From the sequence record NC_031127.1: a stretch of 64,000 nucleotides of DNA. One strand, given 5' to 3'. The position numbers and the translations under genes were made by a program. Of this stretch, positions 17,605-27,941 are shown in pieces. Each line of letters starts with the position of its first letter. Within the stretch, counting starts at the first letter, position 1. The notes under the pieces were generated by a model. The model ran no database searches, was not told the origin of the DNA, and saw nothing but the letters and a program-made list of their open reading frames with translations.

Positions 17605-20343
17605 TTAGACGGTTTCATCTTCCGGATTAATATCCAGAGGATCGCTACCATCACCAGCATCGCCATTATCCCCAGCGTTGTTTCCATCGTCAGGGTTAAG
17701 AGCGTCATCTGGATTATCGTCTGGATTGTCATCAGGGTTGTCGTCCGGGTTATCGAGAGGATTATCGTCCAGCGGGTTGTCGTCCGGGTTGTCATCTAAA
17801 GGATTGTCATCCAATGGATTATCACCACCACCCCCACCAAAGTTATCATCCCCGCCACCTTCTCCACCCATATCGCGCTGCTTAGCCAACGTCTCAATCT
17901 TACCAGACGTTGTTTTACCGAGCTGCATGATAGTGTTGGAAGCTTCACGGATTTCATCACTGATCATCTTCACGGTCTCAGCACGTTTCTCTTTATCGTA
18001 AATCAGGTCGAAGAATTCATTCTCGATACCCTGTTTACGCAGCCACGTACGGACATAGAAGTTCTTCACCATCGTCTTAATGGTGTTGGCATCCAGCGAG
18101 ATACCCGCATCCTGCATCATCGTGGTGATATCATCCGTCACTACCAAGTCTGCCAGCTTCTCAATGAACTCTGTACGTTTGTCGAACAGTTCCATTTGTG
18201 AAGAGGCCGCAGACGTATCCGGCGGTGGCAGCGTGACTTTAATACCGTTGATAAACTGACGCATGTACATAGAGGCTTTCGCCACGTACTGATCTTCAGA
18301 TGTATCCGGCTCTTTGTCTTTGATGTACTCCACACAGGCTTTCAGCAGTTCTGCTTGCAGGCTTGGTGAAGACAGCGTGGACGTCACGACATAGCGGGTC
18401 AACGGTTTTTGCAGAATCTCTTGCTTCTTCATGATCTTTTGGGTGACCAGCAGGGACTTGGAGAAGATTTGAGATGCAAACTCGATGTTGTCCGGCGTCA
18501 GTACCAAGTCCGGGTCAACGTCCGCGATGTGGCAGGTACGACGCAGTAACTGCTCGTCGAGTTCCTTATCGGGCGCTTTGTAGTCCGGTGTGGTGTCCGA
18601 CACAGACACTTTACTGCTTGGGTAGTAATCGTTCCCCTCAACGTTGAACGCAATCCCCGAGTTGGTTGCCATTGACCAGATGTCATCCATATTCCCCCAC
18701 ATCGGCTGGCGACGGTTGAAGGAGTTCAGGATATCGGACTTCATACGGGCAACAGTTTCTTCCCCGTTCATGGCATCCGGTGACAACTGAATGTCGTACT
18801 GCATGTGGCGCGCAGAGTTCAGGATAGAGGTGTTCATGGTGGCGAACAGCAGTGCCATACGCACAGACGAGATAATGAAAGAACGTTCAGTGATGGACAC
18901 ACCAAAACCGTCTTCATCAAAGTCAGTAGCAAAGTAGCACAGGTTCTCAGCCGGAATGTAGACCACCTGCGTGTGACGTTTTGCTAAGTGGCGAGTCAGC
19001 ATGATACGGCCAAAGGTTTCTGACACATTCATGTCCAGCTCAGCACCGCCCAACGCATCACCCAGCGCAACCGCTAACTGGTTCTCAGCAATCTCACCGA
19101 AACGGCTAATCAGACGGTTAGCAATCTCAGGCGTGACCTTCGCGTTACCTTCACCCATCCCGATGGCGGAACGGTTAATGATGGAGTCGACCATCCCGTC
19201 ATTATTCAGGTAGTTCATGAAGTTCGCATCGCCGTACAGAGACGAGCGTGCGTTAATGAAGTTACCCAACTCATCGACGATTGCCAGATAACCGATCGGG
19301 TTCATCACGTCATCGCCCAGTACCAACGGCATGGTGGATTCAGCAGGCAGAACACGCTCGGTGTATTCAACGTGGTTTACGTCGTCCATCATCGGCTTCT
19401 GCATCTCGCCGTACATCATGGTCTGTGGCGTGGTGCGATACGTTTCGTTCAGGTCGGCGATGTTGATGCCGTCGTATTTGCGGTCTTGGCTCTCTTTGAA
19501 GGCATCCGCTTCAAATGTTCCAGCCCCGGTAGGCGTTTGAGGCTTTTCATATGCAGTCTGTTCCAACTGCCCGTAGAAGGACGCCGAGGCGTTCTCGCGT
19601 GCAACACGACGGACGGTTTCCGGCATCAAGAAAATGTTGGGGTTGTCGGTCAGCGTCAGTTTGATAGAAGCCATGTCACCGACTTTCTTCGAATCAAACA
19701 GCGAGTCCAGTTTAATCTCGATGGTCTGCGGACCGTCAGGACGCGTACGCCCATTCAGTATGCTTTCAATCCCAACCTTACGCTCATCCGGCTTAGAAAT
19801 CTTACCGAGGATACCACGCTGCTGATTAAAGAAATCAATGCGCTGGTTCTTGACAGATTCCTGTGCGACCTTCGTGTCCAACCCAAACAGTTTATCAAAC
19901 CCTGAGTCGGAGAGCAGAAGTACCGGCGTTGCACCTTTGAATTTAAGGGCATCGTAAATCCACTTGTACAGCTTAGTCGGCAGCTGACGTTTGTTGTCGT
20001 GGAACTCACGTTCGATGCGTACCATCTCCTGACGCAGGTCAAGAGGCATCTCGGCTACGCAATCGTAAATAAGACTGGTGTTCACCAAGTCTTTCGACGA
20101 CAACAGAGAAGAGGTGGCGATAGTGACAATCGTTTCGAGTTCAGGCAATGCCTGATAGATACGCTGTGCGTTCTTCGCTGTACGAATACGCGAACTGGCG
20201 ATACCTGTCAGTTCTGAGCGAGTTGGTGTGGTGCCTCCCTCCTCGCGCTTACCGCGCTCTTGCGAACCGCTTGGGCCGGTTGCCTTGCGCAGGATGGCGC
20301 TAACTGCTGGGTCGCGCGCCTGTAACTTACTAATATCGTCCAT
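17605..20343 (-). CDS. Portal protein, phiKZ/SPN3US type
   Basis: 912 aa; LPELETIVTIATSSLLSSKDL, KFKGATPVLLL, YFATDFDEDGFGVS, YNVEG-like FNVEGN; candidate VAQE|S site; acidic tail; head-to-head with a baseplate gene as in phiKZ-like genomes. Confidence 0.8.
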   Translation of the reverse strand: MDDISKLQARDPAVSAILRKATGPSGSQERGKREEGGTTPTRSELTGIASSRIRTAKNAQRIYQALPELETIVTIATSSLLSSKDLVNTSLIYDCVAEMPLDLRQEMVRIEREFHDNKRQLPTKLYKWIYDALKFKGATPVLLLSDSGFDKLFGLDTKVAQESVKNQRIDFFNQQRGILGKISKPDERKVGIESILNGRTRPDGPQTIEIKLDSLFDSKKVGDMASIKLTLTDNPNIFLMPETVRRVARENASASFYGQLEQTAYEKPQTPTGAGTFEADAFKESQDRKYDGINIADLNETYRTTPQTMMYGEMQKPMMDDVNHVEYTERVLPAESTMPLVLGDDVMNPIGYLAIVDELGNFINARSSLYGDANFMNYLNNDGMVDSIINRSAIGMGEGNAKVTPEIANRLISRFGEIAENQLAVALGDALGGAELDMNVSETFGRIMLTRHLAKRHTQVVYIPAENLCYFATDFDEDGFGVSITERSFIISSVRMALLFATMNTSILNSARHMQYDIQLSPDAMNGEETVARMKSDILNSFNRRQPMWGNMDDIWSMATNSGIAFNVEGNDYYPSSKVSVSDTTPDYKAPDKELDEQLLRRTCHIADVDPDLVLTPDNIEFASQIFSKSLLVTQKIMKKQEILQKPLTRYVVTSTLSSPSLQAELLKACVEYIKDKEPDTSEDQYVAKASMYMRQFINGIKVTLPPPDTSAASSQMELFDKRTEFIEKLADLVVTDDITTMMQDAGISLDANTIKTMVKNFYVRTWLRKQGIENEFFDLIYDKEKRAETVKMISDEIREASNTIMQLGKTTSGKIETLAKQRDMGGEGGGDDNFGGGGGDNPLDDNPLDDNPDDNPLDDNPLDNPDDNPDDNPDDNPDDALNPDDGNNAGDNGDAGDGSDPLDINPEDETV
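17620..17870 (-). repeat. Low-complexity acidic repeats (DNPLD/DNPDD)n in the portal C-terminus
   Basis: GGGGDNPLDDNPLDDNPDDNPLDDNPLDNPDDNPDDNPDDNPDD; 12/15-nt degenerate DNA repeats. Confidence 0.9.
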
Positions 20344-20358
20344 TGGGGTCTCCGGAAA

Positions 20359-22542
20359 ATGCAGAGGTTCAATATCTTTAGAGACCAGTCCATCCAGTTG
20401 GCGATGTCTTTGATTTTTAAATCAGAAGCCATTGCTGAGCAGATGAATCTGGCTATAACCGAGAATGGCGGTTATGTGTCGAATGACCGCACAACGTGGC
20501 GGTACTACCTGCATTTGGCAGGTCGTCGACATGAAATCGACAAACCGATTTTGTTTAAATCGGTCGAAAGCGGCGAGGAAATAGAGCTTACGGTGGCCAA
20601 CTTGGCTATTCATAAGAAAACCTCGAACGTCTATCGTTCCAACACCGAGTATATCGAAAACCTCATCGAGGCGTATCCCGACTACGCGGTCTATATAAAA
20701 GGTGTCTTTTGGCCTGTGAGTTTAGAACGGGCCATCTCCCTAAATGATTGCAGTATCATGTACTACGACTCGAAGTATGTCGAAGCGCAAGAGCAGTCAT
20801 TGATTCACGATTTAGAAGCAAAGATTCGTGCCACGCACGTCCGATATTTTGCCCAAGGATGGCGTGTACACAACGATGCGTTCGTGCTGGCGTTCTACGA
20901 CATGCTCTACCCTATGTTGCCTGCCTTTATCATGCAGTTGCGACATGAGAAGCAATTCACCGTTGAAACACACAGTTACTACGTCACCGAGTTCCTGGCC
21001 TCGCACCAAGAGCTGCACGAGTTTATTCCTTACCTAACTCAAAAACAGATGTTCACGCTATACCGTAACATCCGTTATTGGGAGCGCAACTCCGGCAAGA
21101 AAGAAATCTTCGACTGGATGGTGGAAACCCTCCTCACAGGTTGGAGTATGCCTGCCGTGGCGTACAATGTTGGCCAGTTAATTCACGACCCCACCACCGG
21201 GTTAGATGAAGACTTAACGCCGAAGCCGACAGGGTACCAGCAAGCTCTAAACTATAAAGAGCGTACGTCAGGCCGTGATTTGGATTTGGTTGCAACCGCT
21301 GACCTCATCCAGAAAGAGTTGTCGTTGGCCTCCGAAAACGGTCAACACCAAGTTGAGTACCAGACAGACCTAGACACGCGTCTGGGCCTGACGCAATATC
21401 CTAACCTGTCCACGAAGCTTGTCGAAGTGACCGCCATTGACCCCGAAGCTATTGAGCGTTGGGAGTATATGCACGGCCTCTTTAATGAGTGGTTACACTT
21501 AACGGCCAGTGGAAAGTACAACATTTATCACGACATCCTTAACCCGACCAATGGGGACACGTTGAAGCTCTCGTCTAAAGAGTTGTTCGCGCTGTACCTC
21601 TATGCTGGGTTCAAAGGTTTCTCCAATATTGAGTTGACCACCATCCCTGCGTTCCATGCCATGGACGTCCAGATTAAACGCTGGATTACCCCGGAAGAAA
21701 TGCACAACGCAATCTACCCAGATAGCTGGGTTGGGCGTTACGATGGTATGGTTAACTATTTCGCTGACACACAGTACGAGGTCATTGGGTCGCTGACCAG
21801 CAACGATGAGTTGTTCGATGCAATCTCCACGATGTTAGATAATAAACGTAAGCGCTACAGTTATGTTTATAACCGTCGTAAGATTCCTGACCGTGCAGCG
21901 GGCTTGCAACTGTTTGCTTACATGTATCGGAGCTACCGTTGCGATTTAGAACTGCCGTATACGGACTATGAAGAATTCTTCAGAACGTACGGAATCGACC
22001 ACACATTGATTTCGAACGAGACGTGGCAGGACATTGCAACTGATGCGTTCAATATTGCAACAAACATGGAGAACCGGGCGGTTCTGTCTCAAGGTGAGAT
22101 TCAGCGTGCAATGGTAAGGTTGATGAGTAAGCTCTCATCGTACACCATCCATTTTGCTGCACGTATGGCGTCTGACTCGTACGACATTACCGATCCTATC
22201 ACACCGATTCTTGGGGACATACCGGCTTCCGCACACGCGTCGATGTCGGTTGACCATCCTCATACCGGTGTGCAGGATGTGGCTGTGAAGTCGAAGATGT
22301 CCACCTCAACACCGCTCGCGGTGATGCCCGATATCGTCGCCTTAAAAGCACCCCGTCGTTTGCGATACCAAATGGATATCGCTATGGGTATTCAGGTAAC
22401 GATGCATCAGCATCAGGTGGTTAACATTTCTGAGCCGTTAGTGGGCGTGGACGTTACTGAAAACGTAAAAGACAAAGCCTACTTGAGCGATAAGATTAGG
22501 AAGCGTGCCCTCGATGGCTTTATTAAGGGCGAGTATTTCTAA
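20359..22542 (+). CDS. Baseplate/virion structural protein (phiKZ gp128-like)
   Basis: 727 aa; TWRYYLHLAG, ETHSYYVTEFLASH, LYRNIRYWERNSGK; synteny with portal. Confidence 0.65.
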   Translation: MQRFNIFRDQSIQLAMSLIFKSEAIAEQMNLAITENGGYVSNDRTTWRYYLHLAGRRHEIDKPILFKSVESGEEIELTVANLAIHKKTSNVYRSNTEYIENLIEAYPDYAVYIKGVFWPVSLERAISLNDCSIMYYDSKYVEAQEQSLIHDLEAKIRATHVRYFAQGWRVHNDAFVLAFYDMLYPMLPAFIMQLRHEKQFTVETHSYYVTEFLASHQELHEFIPYLTQKQMFTLYRNIRYWERNSGKKEIFDWMVETLLTGWSMPAVAYNVGQLIHDPTTGLDEDLTPKPTGYQQALNYKERTSGRDLDLVATADLIQKELSLASENGQHQVEYQTDLDTRLGLTQYPNLSTKLVEVTAIDPEAIERWEYMHGLFNEWLHLTASGKYNIYHDILNPTNGDTLKLSSKELFALYLYAGFKGFSNIELTTIPAFHAMDVQIKRWITPEEMHNAIYPDSWVGRYDGMVNYFADTQYEVIGSLTSNDELFDAISTMLDNKRKRYSYVYNRRKIPDRAAGLQLFAYMYRSYRCDLELPYTDYEEFFRTYGIDHTLISNETWQDIATDAFNIATNMENRAVLSQGEIQRAMVRLMSKLSSYTIHFAARMASDSYDITDPITPILGDIPASAHASMSVDHPHTGVQDVAVKSKMSTSTPLAVMPDIVALKAPRRLRYQMDIAMGIQVTMHQHQVVNISEPLVGVDVTENVKDKAYLSDKIRKRALDGFIKGEYF

Positions 22543-22567
22543 TCTATTGACATAAGCGAGAAATTGT

Positions 22568-23092
22568 ATGCCGTATCGTATCGACCTATCGAAACCACCC
22601 CACGAAATACTGGTGAATCGCATCAACTACGTCTGGGGTACTTCTTATAGACCAGACCAGGTTGAATTCAACAGTCGTGGCGCATGGCCGCTGACGAAAG
22701 AAGAACGACGTGCGCGTGGCGTCGAATCTAAAATCGCGGCACGATTTAAAAACGGGGTAATGGGCTTTCAGGAGTTCCACCTTACCCGTGCCGACCTGAC
22801 CGAACTGCTGGAAGGGGTTGTGGTAGAAGTTCCGATGGGTATTACGTGGAGCCACTACCTCGTCCCTTACATCATTGATGAGTTAGGTTTACAGTTGGGG
22901 CCGTACGATTTGGTGATTGAACCGTTAGAAGGGGATTTCACCACGTACGTCGCACGCATCGAACCGCATCATCCTTCATTCAAAGGGACGATTGATATTA
23001 AGTTCGTTGACCCGACCCCACGTAAGTTAACCGACCTCGTCACGAAATACAAACTTGACGGATTCCGCGTAGGAGAATTTTTCGATGGCTAA
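22568..23092 (+). CDS. Virion structural protein with the N-terminal domain seen in the tail paralog array
   Basis: KPPHEILVNRINYVWG resembles the KPSxExxxxLINxxN starts at 55487-61607. Confidence 0.55.
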   Translation: MPYRIDLSKPPHEILVNRINYVWGTSYRPDQVEFNSRGAWPLTKEERRARGVESKIAARFKNGVMGFQEFHLTRADLTELLEGVVVEVPMGITWSHYLVPYIIDELGLQLGPYDLVIEPLEGDFTTYVARIEPHHPSFKGTIDIKFVDPTPRKLTDLVTKYKLDGFRVGEFFDG

Positions 23093-23969
23093 TACCAAGG
23101 TGTATGACGGTAAGTTGTCCACAGCGACACTTAGCGCCATGCGTTTAGCAAGTGCGTTGATTTGTGGTGCCGATGTAAAGTACCCACAGAACTCAACGCT
23201 CAATGAGTTTTTCAAACTGATGACCGGTAAGCTGCCAGACCCATCGGTACGACCGAGTCTGAAGTATATGTCCATCGGCTTCGCAGGTCACAAATCCATC
23301 AAGGTGAAAACCATTGACAGTTTTGTGCCGATTGCGAAAAGTCCTACTGCGTCGGGGATGTTCAGTCACGTACCGTTTGTGTTGCGTACCCTCGATAACG
23401 ACCTGAGCGATGAACAGCGTAAAGATTATGCGTTCCGTACTCAAGTCAATGTTGAAGGCCGTAACTACTGGGCGTATTACCTGAAGCGTCTGGATATGCG
23501 TTCTGTTCAGACGACCGACCTCGAAACAATCCGCGAAAACGGCGTGCCGAAGACGGAAGACTTCGTCTACAAAGACAGCGACCTGAACCCGATCCCTAAA
23601 GACCTGCCAGATTATGACTACGACGATGACAGCACCGTCGAAATCCCGGACGGTCGTTATGTTCAGTCGGGCTGCGACATCGTTATCAACTGGACGGAGT
23701 TCGACATTCAGGAATACCTGAACGTGGCGGCCATCATGTTGGGTGACGCTGGTTCTGCTATCGTGTCTGAAATCGCGCTGTGCTCTGGTGTGGACTTCAC
23801 CACCGGTGGTCAATCTGCAACTGGTTCGCCGTTCTCGTACGAAGAAGCCATCGGGGTACAGGTTCTGTATCACATCAGCCTCTTTACTAACCTTGCACAA
23901 ACCAACGACCAGCTGGGTCTGACGATTCGTGTGGGTCAGCCTGCGCCGTTCTATCTGGGACAAGCGTAA
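23085..23969 (+). CDS. Virion structural (baseplate) protein
   Basis: 294 aa; HVPFVLRTLDNDLS, YWAYYLKRLD, IVSEIALCSGVD typical of phiKZ-like tail proteins (recall). Confidence 0.6.
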   Translation: MANTKVYDGKLSTATLSAMRLASALICGADVKYPQNSTLNEFFKLMTGKLPDPSVRPSLKYMSIGFAGHKSIKVKTIDSFVPIAKSPTASGMFSHVPFVLRTLDNDLSDEQRKDYAFRTQVNVEGRNYWAYYLKRLDMRSVQTTDLETIRENGVPKTEDFVYKDSDLNPIPKDLPDYDYDDDSTVEIPDGRYVQSGCDIVINWTEFDIQEYLNVAAIMLGDAGSAIVSEIALCSGVDFTTGGQSATGSPFSYEEAIGVQVLYHISLFTNLAQTNDQLGLTIRVGQPAPFYLGQA

Positions 23970-24619
23970 TGTTGATACCTGAACCGCGTCTCCCGGACAA
24001 CATGGTGCGGATTGTGGGTGTCGACCCCGGCACCTCACATCTCGGGTTAGCGGTTCTGGATTGGGAATACGGCACAGAGCAGGCCGAAGTGGTGTGGGCA
24101 GAAACTCTACACGTCAAAGACCCGACACACGACTCCTCTTTTGGAGAGACGGTGGGGCGGCGTGATGCTCGCATGATACAACTCGAAGCCTTATTCGAGG
24201 AATTCCTTCGGTTAGCTCGGCCGACCTTCCTTGCAACAGAAACCCCGTTCATGAAACGGGGTAAGCTTTCCGCCTATGAGTCCGGTGTTGAATTGCAATT
24301 GATGTTGCGCCGTTCCTTGTGGCGCGTCTTTCCGACGAAAGTCATTCACGGTTATCACCCCATTATTGTGAAATCTTATGTTGGTGTTGATGCGAGAGGC
24401 ACTGATAAGGAAGACATGAAACGCGCAGTCCAAAAACTGTACGCGAACCACACCCATGTCGACCTCAGTACCTTGGACGAACACAGTAACGATGCCGTCG
24501 CTGTGTGCAACATCTTCGTGAGGCTTTCACTGCTCAACTTAAACAGTCTCCTGCCGCCCAAAGAGAAGAAACCGAAAGGCTCCTTTTCCAAACGTCGGCG
24601 TAAACGGAAAAGGGGTTAA
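23969..24619 (+). CDS. ruvC: RuvC-like Holliday junction resolvase
   Basis: IVGVDPGTSHLGLAV, LATETPF, KSYVG, DKEDM, DEHSNDAVAV carry the RuvC acidic tetrad pattern. Confidence 0.9.
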   Translation: MLIPEPRLPDNMVRIVGVDPGTSHLGLAVLDWEYGTEQAEVVWAETLHVKDPTHDSSFGETVGRRDARMIQLEALFEEFLRLARPTFLATETPFMKRGKLSAYESGVELQLMLRRSLWRVFPTKVIHGYHPIIVKSYVGVDARGTDKEDMKRAVQKLYANHTHVDLSTLDEHSNDAVAVCNIFVRLSLLNLNSLLPPKEKKPKGSFSKRRRKRKRG

Positions 24620-24621
24620 CC

Positions 24622-25176
24622 ATGTCACTGTCTCAACAGGATGCTACCGCACAAGCGTTAGATGTCCTTATTCAAGCGGGCACCAACAAGCTCAGCATTG
24701 AAGAGGCCAGTAAAGTGAAAGACGCGGCTGCTGCTCTTGGGCATGCGGATATCATCGATGTCACCAAGCCTGCCAGCGTCATACTGTCTGTTCTGCGCCC
24801 GATGTTAATCGCGCAGATTGGCCAGTTGGCAGACAACCTCGAACAGCGCGCAGTCGGTGCTGTAGAGGGGCTGGATGCAAAGTATGGCAAAGAAACCATG
24901 ATGACCTTGTGGCCGAACTTTGGTCGCGGGGTGAAGTTCATCGTGATGCTGTTAGCGTTGGCGACCGTTGCCGTTGCGGGGTACCTTGCGTACTACACCA
25001 TGCACACGCCAGAAATGGACTCCATGGATGTGGCTATCGTGGGACTTACCCCACTGTTTGGACTGGCGGTGTTCTGCACTTGGCCAATCAAAACACTGGC
25101 GTACAGTTCGATGGCGATTGCAGCCAAAGTCGTTGAGGCGAAACTCCAGAAAAAAGCGACCGCAACCAAGTCGTAA
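24622..25176 (+). CDS. Membrane protein with two predicted TM segments
   Basis: FIVMLLALATVAVAGYLAYY and VAIVGLTPLFGLAVFCTW; basic C-terminus. Confidence 0.75.
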   Translation: MSLSQQDATAQALDVLIQAGTNKLSIEEASKVKDAAAALGHADIIDVTKPASVILSVLRPMLIAQIGQLADNLEQRAVGAVEGLDAKYGKETMMTLWPNFGRGVKFIVMLLALATVAVAGYLAYYTMHTPEMDSMDVAIVGLTPLFGLAVFCTWPIKTLAYSSMAIAAKVVEAKLQKKATATKS

Positions 25177-25179
25177 GTC

Positions 25180-25213
25180 TCTCGCCCTTCGGGGCGAGAT
25201 CTTTTCTTTTTTT
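25180..25213 (+). terminator. Intrinsic terminator (cUUCGg loop)
   Basis: tctcgccc-ttcg-gggcgaga plus T tract. Confidence 0.85.
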
Positions 25214-25263
25214 GTCTTAATACGCGAGTTGTAATTTATGTGAAAACGATTAGGGGGATAACC

Positions 25264-25887
25264 ATGAATCTATTACAGATGCGCGTTCGCACGGCACTGA
25301 TATCTGCGACGGGGGTTCTGAACGCCATACCGAAGCTGCCTAAAATAGTGCTCGGTGATGAAATCAGAAAGCGGCTTATTGTCAGTATGCTTGAAGAACA
25401 GACGTGGGCGAAGTACAGAACACTTCCTGCGGGTTATTCACAAGTAAGGCCACCGTATGTGGGTCAAACGCTAGACATGCTTAAAACGTTGTTTAAGGGC
25501 GCTAGCGTTGACGATGTACAACATGCGTATCGGTGTCTGGCGAATGCGACAGACAAACTACTCGCTCGGAGCTATGGCTTATGGCCAGAAGGTTTACCCG
25601 AAGAGGGTTTCGATGACAGTTACCCTGCGGGTGCGCTGTTGTTTGACCACGGGGTGTCTTACCGATTCCACAAGAACTTCATCCATGCAGTTTGGCTACG
25701 TCCAACGGTAGACATGAAGGAAATGTCAGTTGCTTCCTACATCGACTTCATTTGCACACATTGCGGCGACGTCGACGTCAAGGGCTACACGGTGCGTGAA
25801 CTAACACCATCGATGCCTATCGAAGATTTCCTCGGCGATGTGCACACCGATTATTTGGAGAGGAAATTATGCTCTACATCGAAGTGA
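25264..25887 (+). CDS. Hypothetical protein
   Basis: ATG at 25264 after GGGGA, within track ORF 25240..25887. Confidence 0.7.
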   Translation: MNLLQMRVRTALISATGVLNAIPKLPKIVLGDEIRKRLIVSMLEEQTWAKYRTLPAGYSQVRPPYVGQTLDMLKTLFKGASVDDVQHAYRCLANATDKLLARSYGLWPEGLPEEGFDDSYPAGALLFDHGVSYRFHKNFIHAVWLRPTVDMKEMSVASYIDFICTHCGDVDVKGYTVRELTPSMPIEDFLGDVHTDYLERKLCSTSK

Positions 25888-26345
25888 GTCCTGATAAGGT
25901 CTCCGGTGACCTGTTCCCCGGATTGCGTAAATGGATTGATGACCAGAACGAACACCGAGGTCAACCCATCCGTGTGGTCATGGCAGTGGAAGATGATATT
26001 CCGATGGGTGTTATGGCCTATGCCGATGGCCAGATACTCTACATCTACGTACCGGAAGAATCTCGCCGGGGTGGTGTCGGTACGGCATTACTGAAACGGG
26101 CGGTGTTGGAAAGTAAGCGTTCGGTGGTCAGCGCAAAGGTGCACCCGTCGAACGTTGATGGATTATGTTTCATGCTCAAGTGCGGCTTCGCTATTGATGG
26201 TGTCATGATCGGTTTGGATAATGTACGTTATCATCGTATGACGAATAACATCGTCGTTGTACATACGCCGCCGGAGGAGAAGCACTTAGAAACGTTTGTG
26301 ACGAATGTGCCGATATTTTTATCGATGGCGGAAGGTAATTTCTAG
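25869..26345 (+). CDS. GNAT-family N-acetyltransferase
   Basis: Motif A YIYVPEESRRGGVGTALL; VHPSNVDGLCFMLKCGF. Confidence 0.85.
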   Translation: MLYIEVSPDKVSGDLFPGLRKWIDDQNEHRGQPIRVVMAVEDDIPMGVMAYADGQILYIYVPEESRRGGVGTALLKRAVLESKRSVVSAKVHPSNVDGLCFMLKCGFAIDGVMIGLDNVRYHRMTNNIVVVHTPPEEKHLETFVTNVPIFLSMAEGNF

Positions 26346-26361
26346 CCGCGAGATTATAACA

Positions 26362-26847
26362 ATGTTACGTGTTGTGTACGAGACACGGTGCTTGGACGAT
26401 GTCCAATCAAAGCCAGTTTGTCGCGCTGAAATCGTGCCCGCCTCGGCGGTGGACAGAGCAGCGTCCACACTTCGGGGTGTGCCGGTGAAGTTTACACAGT
26501 GTGACGAACATCGCGAGAACAAACCTTATAAGACTATACCGGCAATGCGGCCCAGTAAGCGTAGAAGTTATGCCGAATTAAAGCAAAGACTTTATCGGCA
26601 TTACCGTCGAAGTGCTTGGAAACAGTTAGTGATGCTAGTCATTGACGATTTCATTAAGAACCTCGATTGGGAAGAAGTGCTTAAAGAGGCGGGCTTCCGC
26701 ACTCATTCTTTCACGTACCACTGGCATCAATTCAAAAAACAGTACGACCACGAACTTCGTTGGTCACCTGCAACCCGAAAGATGTTTGCGCGTCTTGAGG
26801 GGCAGGACTGGCTCCTACCGTATATGGAAGAGGACAAAAAAACATGA
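26362..26847 (+). CDS. Hypothetical basic protein
   Basis: ATG at 26362 within track ORF 26305..26847. Confidence 0.65.
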   Translation: MLRVVYETRCLDDVQSKPVCRAEIVPASAVDRAASTLRGVPVKFTQCDEHRENKPYKTIPAMRPSKRRSYAELKQRLYRHYRRSAWKQLVMLVIDDFIKNLDWEEVLKEAGFRTHSFTYHWHQFKKQYDHELRWSPATRKMFARLEGQDWLLPYMEEDKKT

Positions 26848-27236
26848 TGCGCATTGTAGCAGCTTTTATTTTAACGGTTATTTCGTTTACAGTTTCTGCA
26901 AACTTTAATCCCTACGTAATGGAAGGGTTCAAACCTTCCAATCCGGGGGATGTTCGTGTGAAGTTTACCGAGTTGGATAACCCGACCACGGTAGCGGAGC
27001 ATGGCGGGTTTGCTGTCGTGAATACAGGCCGGTCAGAAAAATGCCCCGCAGGGGGTTTCTATCTGGTTAACCTGACCCGCAAGACATATCAGTTCGTCGA
27101 TGCGGGTTCCTGTCAAAAGGATATTCGTGTGTCATTGTCTGGCCCATTCCCAGACAAACTTTCAGTCGTAACGGAGATTTTGACGTTCACTTACAAAGAC
27201 ATCGTTACGGCACGATACCCACTCTACAGTTATTGA
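26844..27236 (+). CDS. Secreted/periplasmic protein
   Basis: Sec-type signal MMRIVAAFILTVISFTVSA|N; two Cys in the mature region. Confidence 0.75.
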   Translation: MMRIVAAFILTVISFTVSANFNPYVMEGFKPSNPGDVRVKFTELDNPTTVAEHGGFAVVNTGRSEKCPAGGFYLVNLTRKTYQFVDAGSCQKDIRVSLSGPFPDKLSVVTEILTFTYKDIVTARYPLYSY

Positions 27237-27243
27237 GTGGTTT

Positions 27244-27277
27244 TCTCTCCCTTCGGGGAGAGATCATTTTATTTTTT
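27244..27277 (+). terminator. Intrinsic terminator (cUUCGg loop)
   Basis: tctctccc-ttcg-gggagaga plus T tract. Confidence 0.8.
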
Positions 27278-27311
27278 AAGTCACCGGTGAATGCTATAGG
27301 AGGTGTCAATC

Positions 27312-27914
27312 ATGACCATAATCTATCGCATTGCTGTAATCGGTTCACGGGAAACAGAAGAAGCGACCATGAGCGAAATGTACATGGCGTTGCTGCGCGG
27401 ATTCAATATGCTGCACCACAGGGGCTACAAGATTCTGTACAGTAGTGGTGGGTGCTGGAAAGGCCCTGACCAGTTACAGTTCAGGTTTGCTCAACAGTGG
27501 GCGAATACCATTGACCAAGACACCGGTAAGAAGGTCGTCTGGGACGATGAGTTCATCTGTTACTTAGCCGACAACAAGAAGATGGGTTGGCTACCGGGAT
27601 TGCACCGTAACGTCGACTTCCGTGTAATCGCACAGGACGAACGCTACCGCGATATCGTACGAAAGTTACACTCTTACCCTGATAAGCTAAAAGAATTCGC
27701 CTGGGCGCTTCATGGGCGCAATTTGAACATCATTATGGGGGATAATCTCGATACGCCAGTAGATGCCGTCTATTATTCGGCACCGTTGGATAAAGACGGT
27801 AATCCAACGGGCGGTACCGCGATGGGTGTGAAGTACGCCAAGGAGTGTGGCATCCCTTGTTATAACCACGGTTACGATGCCCGCAAGTGGCTGGAGACCG
27901 TGCGTTTATTATGA
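27312..27914 (+). CDS. SLOG-superfamily (DprA/Smf-like) protein
   Basis: IAVIGSRET, SSGGCWKGPD, GRNLNIIMG, TGGTAMGVKYAKECGIPCYN. Confidence 0.75.
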   Translation: MTIIYRIAVIGSRETEEATMSEMYMALLRGFNMLHHRGYKILYSSGGCWKGPDQLQFRFAQQWANTIDQDTGKKVVWDDEFICYLADNKKMGWLPGLHRNVDFRVIAQDERYRDIVRKLHSYPDKLKEFAWALHGRNLNIIMGDNLDTPVDAVYYSAPLDKDGNPTGGTAMGVKYAKECGIPCYNHGYDARKWLETVRLL

Positions 27915-27941
27915 CCTGGCCGCATACCTGAGGACACCACT

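Noticed and set aside
17620-17870. Short tandem repeats that might be a CRISPR array or minisatellite
   Set aside because: Degenerate 12/15-nt units with no spacers, fully in frame within the portal tail; short ORFs 17488-17799 and 17601-17795 are by-products
24622-25176. Holin call for the two-TM protein
   Set aside because: No endolysin or spanin nearby; topology alone is insufficient
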